Shown: positions 53,835 to 62,196 of the stretch, in pieces
Position numbering within the stretch: the first letter of the stretch is position 1
Layout of the letters: the number at the start of each line of letters is the position of its first letter
Assembly: GCA_041178085.1 (NCBI GenBank)
Contig: JBEGVZ010000119.1
Coordinates: 44,723-108,722 of the forward strand
Source of the DNA: Pseudomonadota bacterium
Lineage (GTDB): Bacteria > Bdellovibrionota_B > Oligoflexia > Oligoflexales > RGVZ01
Length of the DNA: 64,000 nt
Reading direction: 5' to 3'
Translations under genes and position numbers: made by a program
Notes under the pieces: model-generated
Told to the model about the DNA's origin: nothing
Database searches by the model: none
Seen by the model: only the letters and a program-made list of their open reading frames with translations

Positions 53835-54655
53835 TGATAAATCCGCCTGACATCGGCAAACCGGGTAAGTTTGCCCTCTGCACCCATCAGCACCATGCCG
53901 AGGTCTCCATGTTCCACCGTCCTCAAGGCAACTGCAAGACAGTAGCGCGCAAGGTTGGTGAAGCCAGTCTTGCCGCTGATAACGCTGAAGTCGCGGCTTT
54001 GCAGCAGGCGATCTGTGTTTCTTATCTCGTAGCGCATCTTGCGGCCGCTCGGCAGGTGGGCGGTCATCCAGTGTGAGCGCTTGGCCATGATGTTCTGAAG
54101 CCGGGGTCTTTTGGTGACCTCCTGCAGCATCAAAGCCACTTCATGGGCGGTCGATACGTTGTTTGGCGAAAGGCCCGTCGGTTCGGCAAAAACGGTCTTC
54201 ATCAAACCAAGTTCCCGGGCACGGGACGTCATGCGTTCACCCAAAACCGTGGGTGACATGCCGCAAGCCTCCGCCATGGCGGGAAAAGCCCGGTTGTCGC
54301 TGCGCATGAGCGCTGCGTGCATCAGATCATCAAGGGTAAAGCGCCAGCCCGTCCGGAGCTTGGAAAAATCACCGCCCCGGGCCGCTTCACGGTTTTCTTC
54401 TGTCATCTGATGCAAGGTATTCCAGCCGAGCTTGCATTCGTCGTGCAGCACCATTGCAGCAAACATCTTGGACAGGCTGGCAATCGGTCTGACTTCATCC
54501 GCATTGCGTTCGTAAAGGATCTTTCCGTGATCCCAGGACAAAACCACGACACTGGGGCTTTTCACGTCCGGACGCGAAGCTGCCAAGGACGAACCTGCCC
54601 CAAGGGCAAACGCCCCAATGAGTGAAAAGGCCACCGCTGCACTATTTTTGTACAT
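53726..54655 (-). CDS. D-alanyl-D-alanine carboxypeptidase/endopeptidase, S11 family (PBP5/6/7-like, short form)
   Basis: Starting at ATG 54655 gives a signal peptide. The active-site motifs are SLSK (SxxK), SDN in MRSDNRA and KTG in SGKTGFT. Confidence 0.8.
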   Translation of the reverse strand: MYKNSAAVAFSLIGAFALGAGSSLAASRPDVKSPSVVVLSWDHGKILYERNADEVRPIASLSKMFAAMVLHDECKLGWNTLHQMTEENREAARGGDFSKLRTGWRFTLDDLMHAALMRSDNRAFPAMAEACGMSPTVLGERMTSRARELGLMKTVFAEPTGLSPNNVSTAHEVALMLQEVTKRPRLQNIMAKRSHWMTAHLPSGRKMRYEIRNTDRLLQSRDFSVISGKTGFTNLARYCLAVALRTVEHGDLGMVLMGAEGKLTRFADVRRIYQWLKKSNTVAALNPAGRAKQSSEGQDENIPVKDTSL

Positions 54656-54830
54656 GCTTCCCGGTCCTCTTGCTTTCCCCATATCGTACCAATGTATCGG
54701 CCAGTCAGCCAACCCCCTAAAGCATTTGGGGGACAAGCTTTTCGGGGGCGGGAACTTGCGGAAAAGGCTTACCAATCCGCCCAGGTTTCATTATTCTCCG
54801 AGCGGAATTTACTCCTGGAGGCTCCCTGAC

Positions 54831-55766
54831 ATGGGCACCAATCCGTCTGATGTTCAAAATGTAACCATCGTGGGAACCGGCCCGGCGGGCCTGACCGCGG
54901 CCATCTATGCGGCCCGCGCGGCATTGAACCCCGTCATCTATGCCGGGATGCAGCACGGAGGACAATTGACGACAACGACTGAAGTGGAAAACTTCCCGGG
55001 CTTCGAACACGGCATCCTGGGGCCAAAGCTGATGACCGACATGACTGCCCAGGCCGAGCGATTCGGCAGCAAGATCCTCTACGAAGAAATCACAAAAGTG
55101 GATTTTTCCTCGCAGCCGTTGAAATTGTGGGCGGGGGAAAAGTTGATCCAGTCGCGCACTGTGATCATTGCCACCGGTGCGACGGCAAAGACCCTGGGTT
55201 TGAAGACCGAATCCTCGCTAATGGGGCGCGGGCTCTCGACGTGTGCCACCTGTGATGGATTCTTCTATAAGAACAAGCGCGTGGTTGTGGCTGGTGGCGG
55301 CGACTCGGCGATGGAAGAGGCAAGCTACCTGTCAAAGATCTGCTCCGAGGTGATCCTGATCCACCGCCGGAGTGAATTCCGTGCCTCGAAAATCATGATC
55401 GACCGGGTCATGAACAACCCCAAGATCAAAGTCATGACTCCCTGGGTGGTGGAAGAGACCATTGCAGACCAGACAGGTCTGACCGGTATCAAGATTAAAA
55501 ATCCGGAAACCGGAGCGGTGCAGACAATCGACACGACTGCACTGTTCATGGCGATCGGGCACAAGCCGAACTCGGACATCTTCAAGCCGTGGGTTGACAC
55601 GGATAGCCACGGCTACATCAAAACCACAAATCACACGGCAACAAAGACACCCGGTGTCTTTGCCGCCGGAGACATTGCAGACCCTAACTTCAAGCAGGCA
55701 ATCACGGCTGCCGGTATGGGCTGTCAGGCCGCCATCCAAGCGGCCAAATTCCTGGAGGAACATTGA
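54831..55766 (+). CDS. trxB: thioredoxin-disulfide reductase
   Basis: The FAD site is IVGTGPAGLTAAIYAARA. The redox centre is CATCDG. The NADPH site is VVAGGGDSAMEEA. Confidence 0.9.
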   Translation: MGTNPSDVQNVTIVGTGPAGLTAAIYAARAALNPVIYAGMQHGGQLTTTTEVENFPGFEHGILGPKLMTDMTAQAERFGSKILYEEITKVDFSSQPLKLWAGEKLIQSRTVIIATGATAKTLGLKTESSLMGRGLSTCATCDGFFYKNKRVVVAGGGDSAMEEASYLSKICSEVILIHRRSEFRASKIMIDRVMNNPKIKVMTPWVVEETIADQTGLTGIKIKNPETGAVQTIDTTALFMAIGHKPNSDIFKPWVDTDSHGYIKTTNHTATKTPGVFAAGDIADPNFKQAITAAGMGCQAAIQAAKFLEEH

Positions 55767-55769
55767 ACC

Positions 55770-56936
55770 ATGGGAATCATTGACCGGATCACGGGGCATT
55801 TGAGCGGAAAGACCGGGGCGGGTGTTGCCAATGCTGGCAGCCTGGATGAACAGTCCGTGTTGACGGCACTCAAGGCCGTCCAGGATCCGGACCTGCACAA
55901 GGACATCGTAACCCTTGGGTTTGTCCGCAATCTTGAGATCAGCGGCAACAAGGTCAAGTTTGAGGTCAACCTCACCACACCGGCATGTCCCGTCAAAGAC
56001 AAGCTGAAACGCGAGTGCGAGGAAGTTGTCCTTGCGTTGCCAGGTGTCTCGCAAGTCGATGTGACCATGACGGCTTCGACGCGTGGAACGCTTCCCATCA
56101 ACACGACATCACCTGCTGCTGCCGCACTCGGGCAGGTCAAGAACATCATCGCCGTCGCCAGTGGCAAGGGCGGGGTAGGCAAGTCGACTACTGCCGTGAA
56201 CCTGGCCTGGTCGCTCGCAGCATCCGGGTCGAAGGTCGGACTGCTCGATGCCGATATCTATGGGCCGTCCCTGCACTTGATGACCAACGTCAAGGAACCA
56301 GCGACTGCATCGGAGTCGCTGGTGCAGCCACCGGTCGTCAACGGCGTGAAGGTGATGTCCGTTGGAATGTTTGGCAATGCCGGCAAGGCAACGATCATGC
56401 GCGGACCAATGGCAGCCGGTGTGATCAAGCAGTTCCTGACCCAGGTAGCATGGGGCGAGCTTGATTACCTCGTCATAGATTACCCGCCGGGAACCGGTGA
56501 CATTCAGCTAACCATCTCGCAGACCGCACCCGTGACGGGTGCCGTGATCGTGACCACGCCGCAAGAGGTCGCCTTGATCGATGTTCGCAAGGCGATCAAC
56601 ATGTTCCAGACACTCAAGGTGCCCGTTCTGGGCGTGGTTGAAACGATGAGCTATTTCGTCTGTGACGGCTGCGAGAAAAAACACCACATCTTCCGCTCGG
56701 GCGGGGGCTCCCGCGTTGCGGCCGAAAGCGGCTTGGCATTCCTTGGTGAGGTCCCGATGGACCCTGCACTGGTCAAGGCCTCAGACGAAGGGACGCCGTT
56801 TGTCTCCGGACACAAGGACTCTCCGGTAACAAGCGCTTTTGCCGCGGTTGCCGGCGCGGTCGCCGCTCAAGTTTCGATCCTGCACGCAGAAAACCAGGGC
56901 GCGCTCCAGCACTTCAGCCTTGAGTGGAAAAATTGA
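55770..56936 (+). CDS. apbC: Fe-S cluster carrier ATPase (Mrp/ApbC/NBP35 family) with an N-terminal DUF59/MIP18 domain
   Basis: The DUF59-like N-terminus reads VLTALKAVQDPDLHKDIVTLGFV. The deviant Walker A is IAVASGKGGVGKSTTAVNLA. A CxxC motif (FVCDGCEK) is present. Confidence 0.85.
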   Translation: MGIIDRITGHLSGKTGAGVANAGSLDEQSVLTALKAVQDPDLHKDIVTLGFVRNLEISGNKVKFEVNLTTPACPVKDKLKRECEEVVLALPGVSQVDVTMTASTRGTLPINTTSPAAAALGQVKNIIAVASGKGGVGKSTTAVNLAWSLAASGSKVGLLDADIYGPSLHLMTNVKEPATASESLVQPPVVNGVKVMSVGMFGNAGKATIMRGPMAAGVIKQFLTQVAWGELDYLVIDYPPGTGDIQLTISQTAPVTGAVIVTTPQEVALIDVRKAINMFQTLKVPVLGVVETMSYFVCDGCEKKHHIFRSGGGSRVAAESGLAFLGEVPMDPALVKASDEGTPFVSGHKDSPVTSAFAAVAGAVAAQVSILHAENQGALQHFSLEWKN

Positions 56937-57283
56937 TGGGAAAAGTCATGGAGAAACCAGTGGATAAGCCGGACGACAATTCCGCGAACATCCGGGTGCA
57001 GCAAATCGAGCAGATCGATACCAAGACTCTTGGGATCACCTGGACCGATGGAAAAAAATCGTCACTCGATGTGGTGATGCTGCGACGCAAGTGCCCTTGC
57101 GCGGCCTGTATTGACGAATGGACCCACGAACCAAGGCTCAAGCCACAGGACGTCAAAGATTCAGTCCGTCCTGTGAAAGTCGAATCTGTTGGCCTTTATG
57201 CGTTGACCATTCACTTCAACGACGGTCACCGGACGGGGATTTACACTTTCAAATATTTGCGGGATCTTGGGCCGCTGTCATGA
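56936..57283 (+). CDS. DUF971 domain protein (gamma-butyrobetaine hydroxylase N-terminal-like)
   Basis: The ATG overlaps the apbC stop (TGATG). Recognisable segments are LGITWTDGKKSSL..LRRKCPCAAC and YALTIHFNDGHRTGIYTFKYLRDL. Confidence 0.7.
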   Translation: MGKVMEKPVDKPDDNSANIRVQQIEQIDTKTLGITWTDGKKSSLDVVMLRRKCPCAACIDEWTHEPRLKPQDVKDSVRPVKVESVGLYALTIHFNDGHRTGIYTFKYLRDLGPLS

Positions 57284-57296
57284 GAGACAACGCGGT

Positions 57297-58286
57297 TCAC
57301 ATACGCTTCTGGAACTTCTGACGGAGCTGGTCCAGTTCCGGGGTATCTGCTTTGCGTTGGCGGACCTCGGTGATCTTGCCTGCAAGGTCCGCCGGCATCT
57401 GCCCCAGGACTTCCATCTCGTACTCGAGCCAGACACCAAACTTTTGGTACACAACCTCGCGCATCTTCAAAGTCATTTCCAGGATATCGCGGCTGGTTGC
57501 ACCTTCATTGAAGACAAAGTTTGCATGCCAGGGACTTACCACTGCGCCGCCGTGACGCATGCCTTTGACGCCAGCTGACTCAAGAAGCATTCCACTTGGA
57601 ACACCGACGGAGTAGTCATTCTTGAACACACAGCCGCACGAAGGATGAAGGAACTGCCCCTTCATCACGCGGTCATCTTCGCAAAATTTCATCAGCTCCT
57701 GAGTCGCCTTGACATCGCCGGGCGCAAGCTCAATCTCTACGGCAGCGACAATCTCGCCCGTTTTCATGAAGCTCGTGTCTTTGTAGCCGTGAAATACCTT
57801 TGACGGGTCATCGTGAATCACAACATGGCCGTTCATATCGACACAAGTGATACGACGCACGATCTGGCTGATCTCCCCGCCATAACAGCGTGCATTCATC
57901 CGGACAGTCCCACCCATCTGACCAGGTAGCCGGTACATCCATCCGGCGCCAGTCAGTCCGTGGGCGACTGCAAAACGCGCGAAGTGAGAGTTGTCGACGC
58001 CCGCTTCGCAGAAGATGGTCGTCCTGTCTTTATGGTCTTTACTGTCCAGAAGGCGCAGCCCCTGCATCCTGGCAAGGGCGATCACCGCACCGGGCCAGGG
58101 ATCGTCACAAACCAGGGAATTGGTCCCGCCACCGAGGACAAAGAAGGGCAGGGACAAACTGTGGATTTCCCGCACGGCAGACTTTAATTCATCAATGCTT
58201 TCAGGAAGATATAGCTTTCCACAGGCGCCGCCTGTCCGGTAATAAGCGAGTTCCGAAAGTGTCTTTTTCGCGGAAGCCATGAACAC
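57297..58286 (-). CDS. murB: UDP-N-acetylenolpyruvoylglucosamine reductase
   Basis: The FAD-binding segments are YRTGGACGKLY and FVLGGGTNSLV. The C-terminal domain has PSCGCVFKN. Confidence 0.85.
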   Translation of the reverse strand: MFMASAKKTLSELAYYRTGGACGKLYLPESIDELKSAVREIHSLSLPFFVLGGGTNSLVCDDPWPGAVIALARMQGLRLLDSKDHKDRTTIFCEAGVDNSHFARFAVAHGLTGAGWMYRLPGQMGGTVRMNARCYGGEISQIVRRITCVDMNGHVVIHDDPSKVFHGYKDTSFMKTGEIVAAVEIELAPGDVKATQELMKFCEDDRVMKGQFLHPSCGCVFKNDYSVGVPSGMLLESAGVKGMRHGGAVVSPWHANFVFNEGATSRDILEMTLKMREVVYQKFGVWLEYEMEVLGQMPADLAGKITEVRQRKADTPELDQLRQKFQKRM

Positions 58287-58295
58287 GCCAGCCTG

Positions 58296-58838
58296 TCAGG
58301 GAAGGTCAGCAAAGGCCGCAAAAAGTTGCGCCTGGAAACAATCATAGACCGGCAGGCTGCCCATCACCAGCGTGATGCGCCTTGGCGGGGCTGGAAACCC
58401 ACCTTTTGAGTTCACGCCCGGAGTATGGCGCACAGCTGACTCGTCAAGGAAGCTCTTCAAGGCCACCATTGCGAGGCTCCCGTACAAGTCGCCCAGTTCT
58501 TCCGACTGCGGGACCGACATCGCCACATGCCTTACACCCAGGCTCGCGGCAAAGGCCAGGGCGTTGGCATAGGATCCCAGGACTGTGCCCAGCTTGCCGC
58601 GGTCTTCCATGTTCGCCACCGGCAGGTACGAAACGGCAAGAAGCTGAGAGGAAGGATAGCCGCTTTCCCGCGCAGGAAGGCTGATCGCTTCTCCGGCAGG
58701 CAAACCGGAGACCGGCGGAAACCCGGGCATCTGAGTGCCAGCTGAAAAGAACACGACCGCCGCATCGCAAGAGAACTTTTTCAAGTCCCCTTGCCAGAGG
58801 TCGATCGCAGTTCCCTGGTAGCGGCGGATGCCCAGCAC
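58296..58838 (-). CDS. macro-domain-like protein (putative)
   Basis: IDLWQGDLKKFSCDAAVVFFSAG resembles the GDIT...DAIVNAAN motif. VRHVAMSVPQSEELGDLYG resembles the SIAFPAISTGVYG region. The match is divergent. Confidence 0.4.
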   Translation of the reverse strand: MLGIRRYQGTAIDLWQGDLKKFSCDAAVVFFSAGTQMPGFPPVSGLPAGEAISLPARESGYPSSQLLAVSYLPVANMEDRGKLGTVLGSYANALAFAASLGVRHVAMSVPQSEELGDLYGSLAMVALKSFLDESAVRHTPGVNSKGGFPAPPRRITLVMGSLPVYDCFQAQLFAAFADLP

Positions 58839-58845
58839 GGGTCGT

Positions 58846-59733
58846 TTACTTCTTTCCGCGCTTTTTCATGTGCTCGATCAAGGTTGAGGCAATGTCGGCC
58901 GGCGATCGCGCGACACCAACACCAGCCGCCATGAGGGCTTCCATCTTTTCTGCGGCCGTGCCGTGACTGCCGGAGATGATTGCACCTGCGTGGCCCATGC
59001 GCTTGCCCTTGGGTGCCGTCTGGCCGGCAATGAACGCCGCCACTGGCTTGCGGATGTTTTCCTTGATGAACTGGGCGGCCTTGATCTCGGCATCACCGCC
59101 GATTTCGCCGATCATGATGATGGCCTCCGTTTCCGGATCCTCTTCAAACATGCCCAGAAGGTCGATGAAGTTTGTGCCCATGATCGGATCGCCACCGATT
59201 CCGACGCACGTCGTCTGACCAAGGCCGGCGCGGGTGGTTTGCCCGACGGATTCGTACGTCAGCGTCCCTGACTTGGAAACAATACCGACCTTGCCACGTT
59301 TGTGGATGTGTCCCGGCATGATCCCGATCTTGCATTCTCCCGGCGTGATGACACCCGGGCAGTTCGGACCGATCAGGCGTGATTTCTTCGACCGCTCAAG
59401 CGCCTTTTTCACCGGCACCATGTCGAGCACCGGGATGCCTTCCGTGATACAGACAATGAGTTCGATCTCGGCGGCAATCGCCTCAAGGATCGCGTCGGCC
59501 GCAAAAGGTGGCGGAACAAAGATCATCGAGGCATTGCAGTTGGTCTTTTCCTTGGCTTCTTTGACCGTGTCAAAAACAGGAAGCTCGACGTGCTTGGTGC
59601 CGCCCTTGCCTGGAGTCACGCCGCCGACAAAACGGGGAGCGTGCTCTTGGGACAGCCTGGTGTGAAACTCACCGGACTTTCCAGTGATGCCCTGGGTGAT
59701 GACCCTGGTGGATTTATTGACGAGAATCGACAC
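58846..59733 (-). CDS. sucD: succinyl-CoA synthetase subunit alpha
   Basis: The N-terminus is [21 protein letters not shown]. The phosphohistidine loop reads GHAGAIISG. Further motifs include IGIGGDP. Confidence 0.95.
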   Translation of the reverse strand: MSILVNKSTRVITQGITGKSGEFHTRLSQEHAPRFVGGVTPGKGGTKHVELPVFDTVKEAKEKTNCNASMIFVPPPFAADAILEAIAAEIELIVCITEGIPVLDMVPVKKALERSKKSRLIGPNCPGVITPGECKIGIMPGHIHKRGKVGIVSKSGTLTYESVGQTTRAGLGQTTCVGIGGDPIMGTNFIDLLGMFEEDPETEAIIMIGEIGGDAEIKAAQFIKENIRKPVAAFIAGQTAPKGKRMGHAGAIISGSHGTAAEKMEALMAAGVGVARSPADIASTLIEHMKKRGKK

Positions 59734-59751
59734 TTGGTCTTCTCCTGTAAG

Positions 59752-60924
59752 TTAGTGCTTGGCAGCGCGTGCAGCTTCCACTGCCTTGCGCGCGCCATCG
59801 GCCATGTCTTCTGCGGGAATGATCTTAAGTCCCGAAGTCTCCAGAATCTGCTTGCCTTTCTCGACGTTGGTACCTTCAAGACGGACGATAAGGGGCTGGC
59901 GCAAGCCAAGCTCCTTCGCAGCCGTGACAATACCTTCCGCGATCAGGTCACAGCGCATGATGCCGCCGAAGATGTTGACAAAGACCGCCTTGACGTTCGG
60001 ATCAGAGAACAGGATGCGAAAGGCGTTTTTCACCATCTCGCCGCTTGCGCCGCCTCCCACATCCAGGAAGTTGGCAGGTTCGCCGCCGCAGTACTTGATG
60101 ATGTCCATGGTAGCCATGGCCAGTCCGGCACCATTGACAAGACAACCAATGTTGCCTTCCAGGCCAATATAATTCAGCCCGAATTTTGACGCTTCGACTT
60201 CACGGGGATCTTCTTCCCCGTAGTCGCGCATCGCATCGATGTCCTTGTGCCGGTAAAGGGCGTTGTCATCAAAATTCATCTTGCCGTCGAGGGCGAGCAT
60301 CTTGCCCTGTTTAGTGACGATCAGTGGATTGATCTCGAGCAGCGAGAAGTCATACTTCAGGAACATCGCGTATAGCTTTTTCACCATCCCGGTGAGCTCT
60401 TTCGCCTCTTCCGGGGGCAGCTTGATGCCATATGCCAGCGCGCGCAGGTGGTAACCTTGCAAACCGACCGTTGGATCTACCGTCACCTTGACGATCTTGT
60501 CGGGGTGCTTTTCAGCAACTTCCTCGATGTCCATACCACCTTCGGTCGAGAACATGATCGCTACGCCAGCCGTTTCGCGATCGAGAACCATCGCAAGGTA
60601 ATACTCCTTGGCGATCTCACTTCCAGCCTCGACGTAAACCATGCGGACGAGTTTGCCCTCGGCTCCCGTTTGCGGCGTGACCAGGTGCATTCCGATCATC
60701 TTTTCGGTGACCTTGGCGCATTCGTCGGGGGATTTAACCAGCTTCACCCCACCAGCCTTGCCTCGACCACCTGCGTGGACCTGTGCCTTAACCACTGCTA
60801 CCGGGGTGCCAAGGCGACGCATGGCGAATTCTGCTTCGACGGGGGTACGGGCCAGGTAGCCCTCCGGGACGGCCACGCCGTTGTCAGCAAACAGTTTCTT
60901 TGCCTGATACTCATGGATGTTCAT
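59752..60924 (-). CDS. sucC: succinyl-CoA synthetase subunit beta
   Basis: Starting at ATG 60924 gives the canonical N-terminus [12 protein letters not shown]. It has an ATP-grasp domain and the motif [10 protein letters not shown]. The upstream part of ORF 59752..61110 is not coding. Confidence 0.95.
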   Translation of the reverse strand: MNIHEYQAKKLFADNGVAVPEGYLARTPVEAEFAMRRLGTPVAVVKAQVHAGGRGKAGGVKLVKSPDECAKVTEKMIGMHLVTPQTGAEGKLVRMVYVEAGSEIAKEYYLAMVLDRETAGVAIMFSTEGGMDIEEVAEKHPDKIVKVTVDPTVGLQGYHLRALAYGIKLPPEEAKELTGMVKKLYAMFLKYDFSLLEINPLIVTKQGKMLALDGKMNFDDNALYRHKDIDAMRDYGEEDPREVEASKFGLNYIGLEGNIGCLVNGAGLAMATMDIIKYCGGEPANFLDVGGGASGEMVKNAFRILFSDPNVKAVFVNIFGGIMRCDLIAEGIVTAAKELGLRQPLIVRLEGTNVEKGKQILETSGLKIIPAEDMADGARKAVEAARAAKH

Positions 60925-61050
60925 CGGGTCGTTTCCTTTATTGTCCGGGAAAGCCCCCCCACTATACAGTCCGCCGCGCCTGCCGGCAATTGAAGGTCGT
61001 GGACAAATGAGGGCGGCGAGTCCACAATGACCGGCACGGAGGCCTGGGCC

Positions 61051-62013
61051 ATGAACACAAGGAAAAAGCGGGTTCTTATTGCAGGCGGCGCGGGGTTTAT
61101 TGGCAGTCACCTGTGCGAGGTTTACCTCAAGGACGGATGGGAAGTCCTGTGCCTTGACAACTTCATGACCTCAAGCCGCTCAAATGTTGCACACTTGATG
61201 GGCAACCCCCGCTTTGAACTAATGCGCCATGACATCGTTGAGCCCTACCGTGCAGATGTCGATCTTGTGCTCAACTTCGCATGTCCCGCCAGTCCGGTCC
61301 ACTACCAGGACAACGCCATTCGGACGATCAAGACCAATGTGCTTGGCACGATGAACTTGCTGGGCCTGGCCAAACGTTGCGGTGCCAGGTTCGTTCAGGC
61401 CAGCACCTCGGAGGTCTATGGTGACCCCAAGGAACACCCCCAGCGCGAAACATACTGGGGTAACGTCAACCCGGTAGGCATCCGCAGCTGCTACGACGAA
61501 GGCAAGCGCGTGGCAGAAACGCTGTGCTTCGATTACCACCGTCAACACGGTGTCGACATTCGCGTCATCAGGATCTTCAACACTTACGGCCCGCGAATGG
61601 CAATCGATGACGGCCGCGTCGTCAGCAACTTCATCGTCCAGGCGCTCAAGGGCGAAGACTTGACGGTTTATGGAGACGGAAAACAAACCCGGTCATTCTG
61701 TTTCGTTGACGATCTGGTGCGGGGGATCGTGCAATTTTCCCGGACCGAGGGCGAGACGGGGCCAGTGAACCTGGGTAATGACGGAGAATTCACTGTTCTT
61801 GAACTGGCTCAGGAAGTGCTGCGCCAGATTCCCTCGAAGTCGAAAATTGCTTATCGCCCGCTGCCTTCCGATGATCCCAAGACAAGGCGCCCTGATTTGA
61901 GCAGGACCAAGTCCATCCTCAAGGGCTGGAATCCAGACGTGCCGCTGAAAGAGGGCATCGAAAGGGCGATTCCCTGGTTCCGCGAAGCCGTCCAGCGGAC
62001 GCAAAATCCCTGA
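61051..62013 (+). CDS. UDP-glucuronate decarboxylase (UXS-type SDR)
   Basis: The N-terminus is [57 protein letters not shown]. The catalytic YDEGKR motif and the segment IFNTYGPRM are present. Confidence 0.8.
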   Translation: MNTRKKRVLIAGGAGFIGSHLCEVYLKDGWEVLCLDNFMTSSRSNVAHLMGNPRFELMRHDIVEPYRADVDLVLNFACPASPVHYQDNAIRTIKTNVLGTMNLLGLAKRCGARFVQASTSEVYGDPKEHPQRETYWGNVNPVGIRSCYDEGKRVAETLCFDYHRQHGVDIRVIRIFNTYGPRMAIDDGRVVSNFIVQALKGEDLTVYGDGKQTRSFCFVDDLVRGIVQFSRTEGETGPVNLGNDGEFTVLELAQEVLRQIPSKSKIAYRPLPSDDPKTRRPDLSRTKSILKGWNPDVPLKEGIERAIPWFREAVQRTQNP

Positions 62014-62196
62014 AAAACAGGGGTAAAAGCTTTTTTTTAATGACTGGCAAATTTGTCTGCCTCATCCAGTTGGCTGCGCGAGCCGAGAACCTGTTCGAAC
62101 AGGTGGGCTCGCCAGACCGGAGGCACGTTGGCCACATCGGAATCAAAACTCCCGGATGTTGAACCAGTGAGAAAATTGCGTGGCCGCCATGCATGG

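Noticed and set aside
51244-53850. Plus-strand ORFs 51244..51942 and 53185..53850, opposite the lipoprotein and dacB genes.
   Set aside because: They are antisense to ORFs with signal peptides or PBP motifs. Their composition is typical of shadow ORFs.
55332-56182. Minus-strand ORFs 55332..56054 and 55724..56182, opposite trxB and apbC.
   Set aside because: They are antisense to genes with FAD/CATC and Walker A motifs.
59752-61110. The full 452-aa extent of the sucC ORF, including a 62-aa N-terminal extension.
   Set aside because: The canonical SucC N-terminus [12 protein letters not shown] begins at ATG 60924. The extension would overlap the divergent UXS gene start and has no homology.
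62014-62040. The palindrome AAAAGCTTTT plus a T-run after the UXS gene, as a possible terminator.
   Set aside because: The stem has only A-T pairs with one G-C and would be very weak. I did not annotate it.
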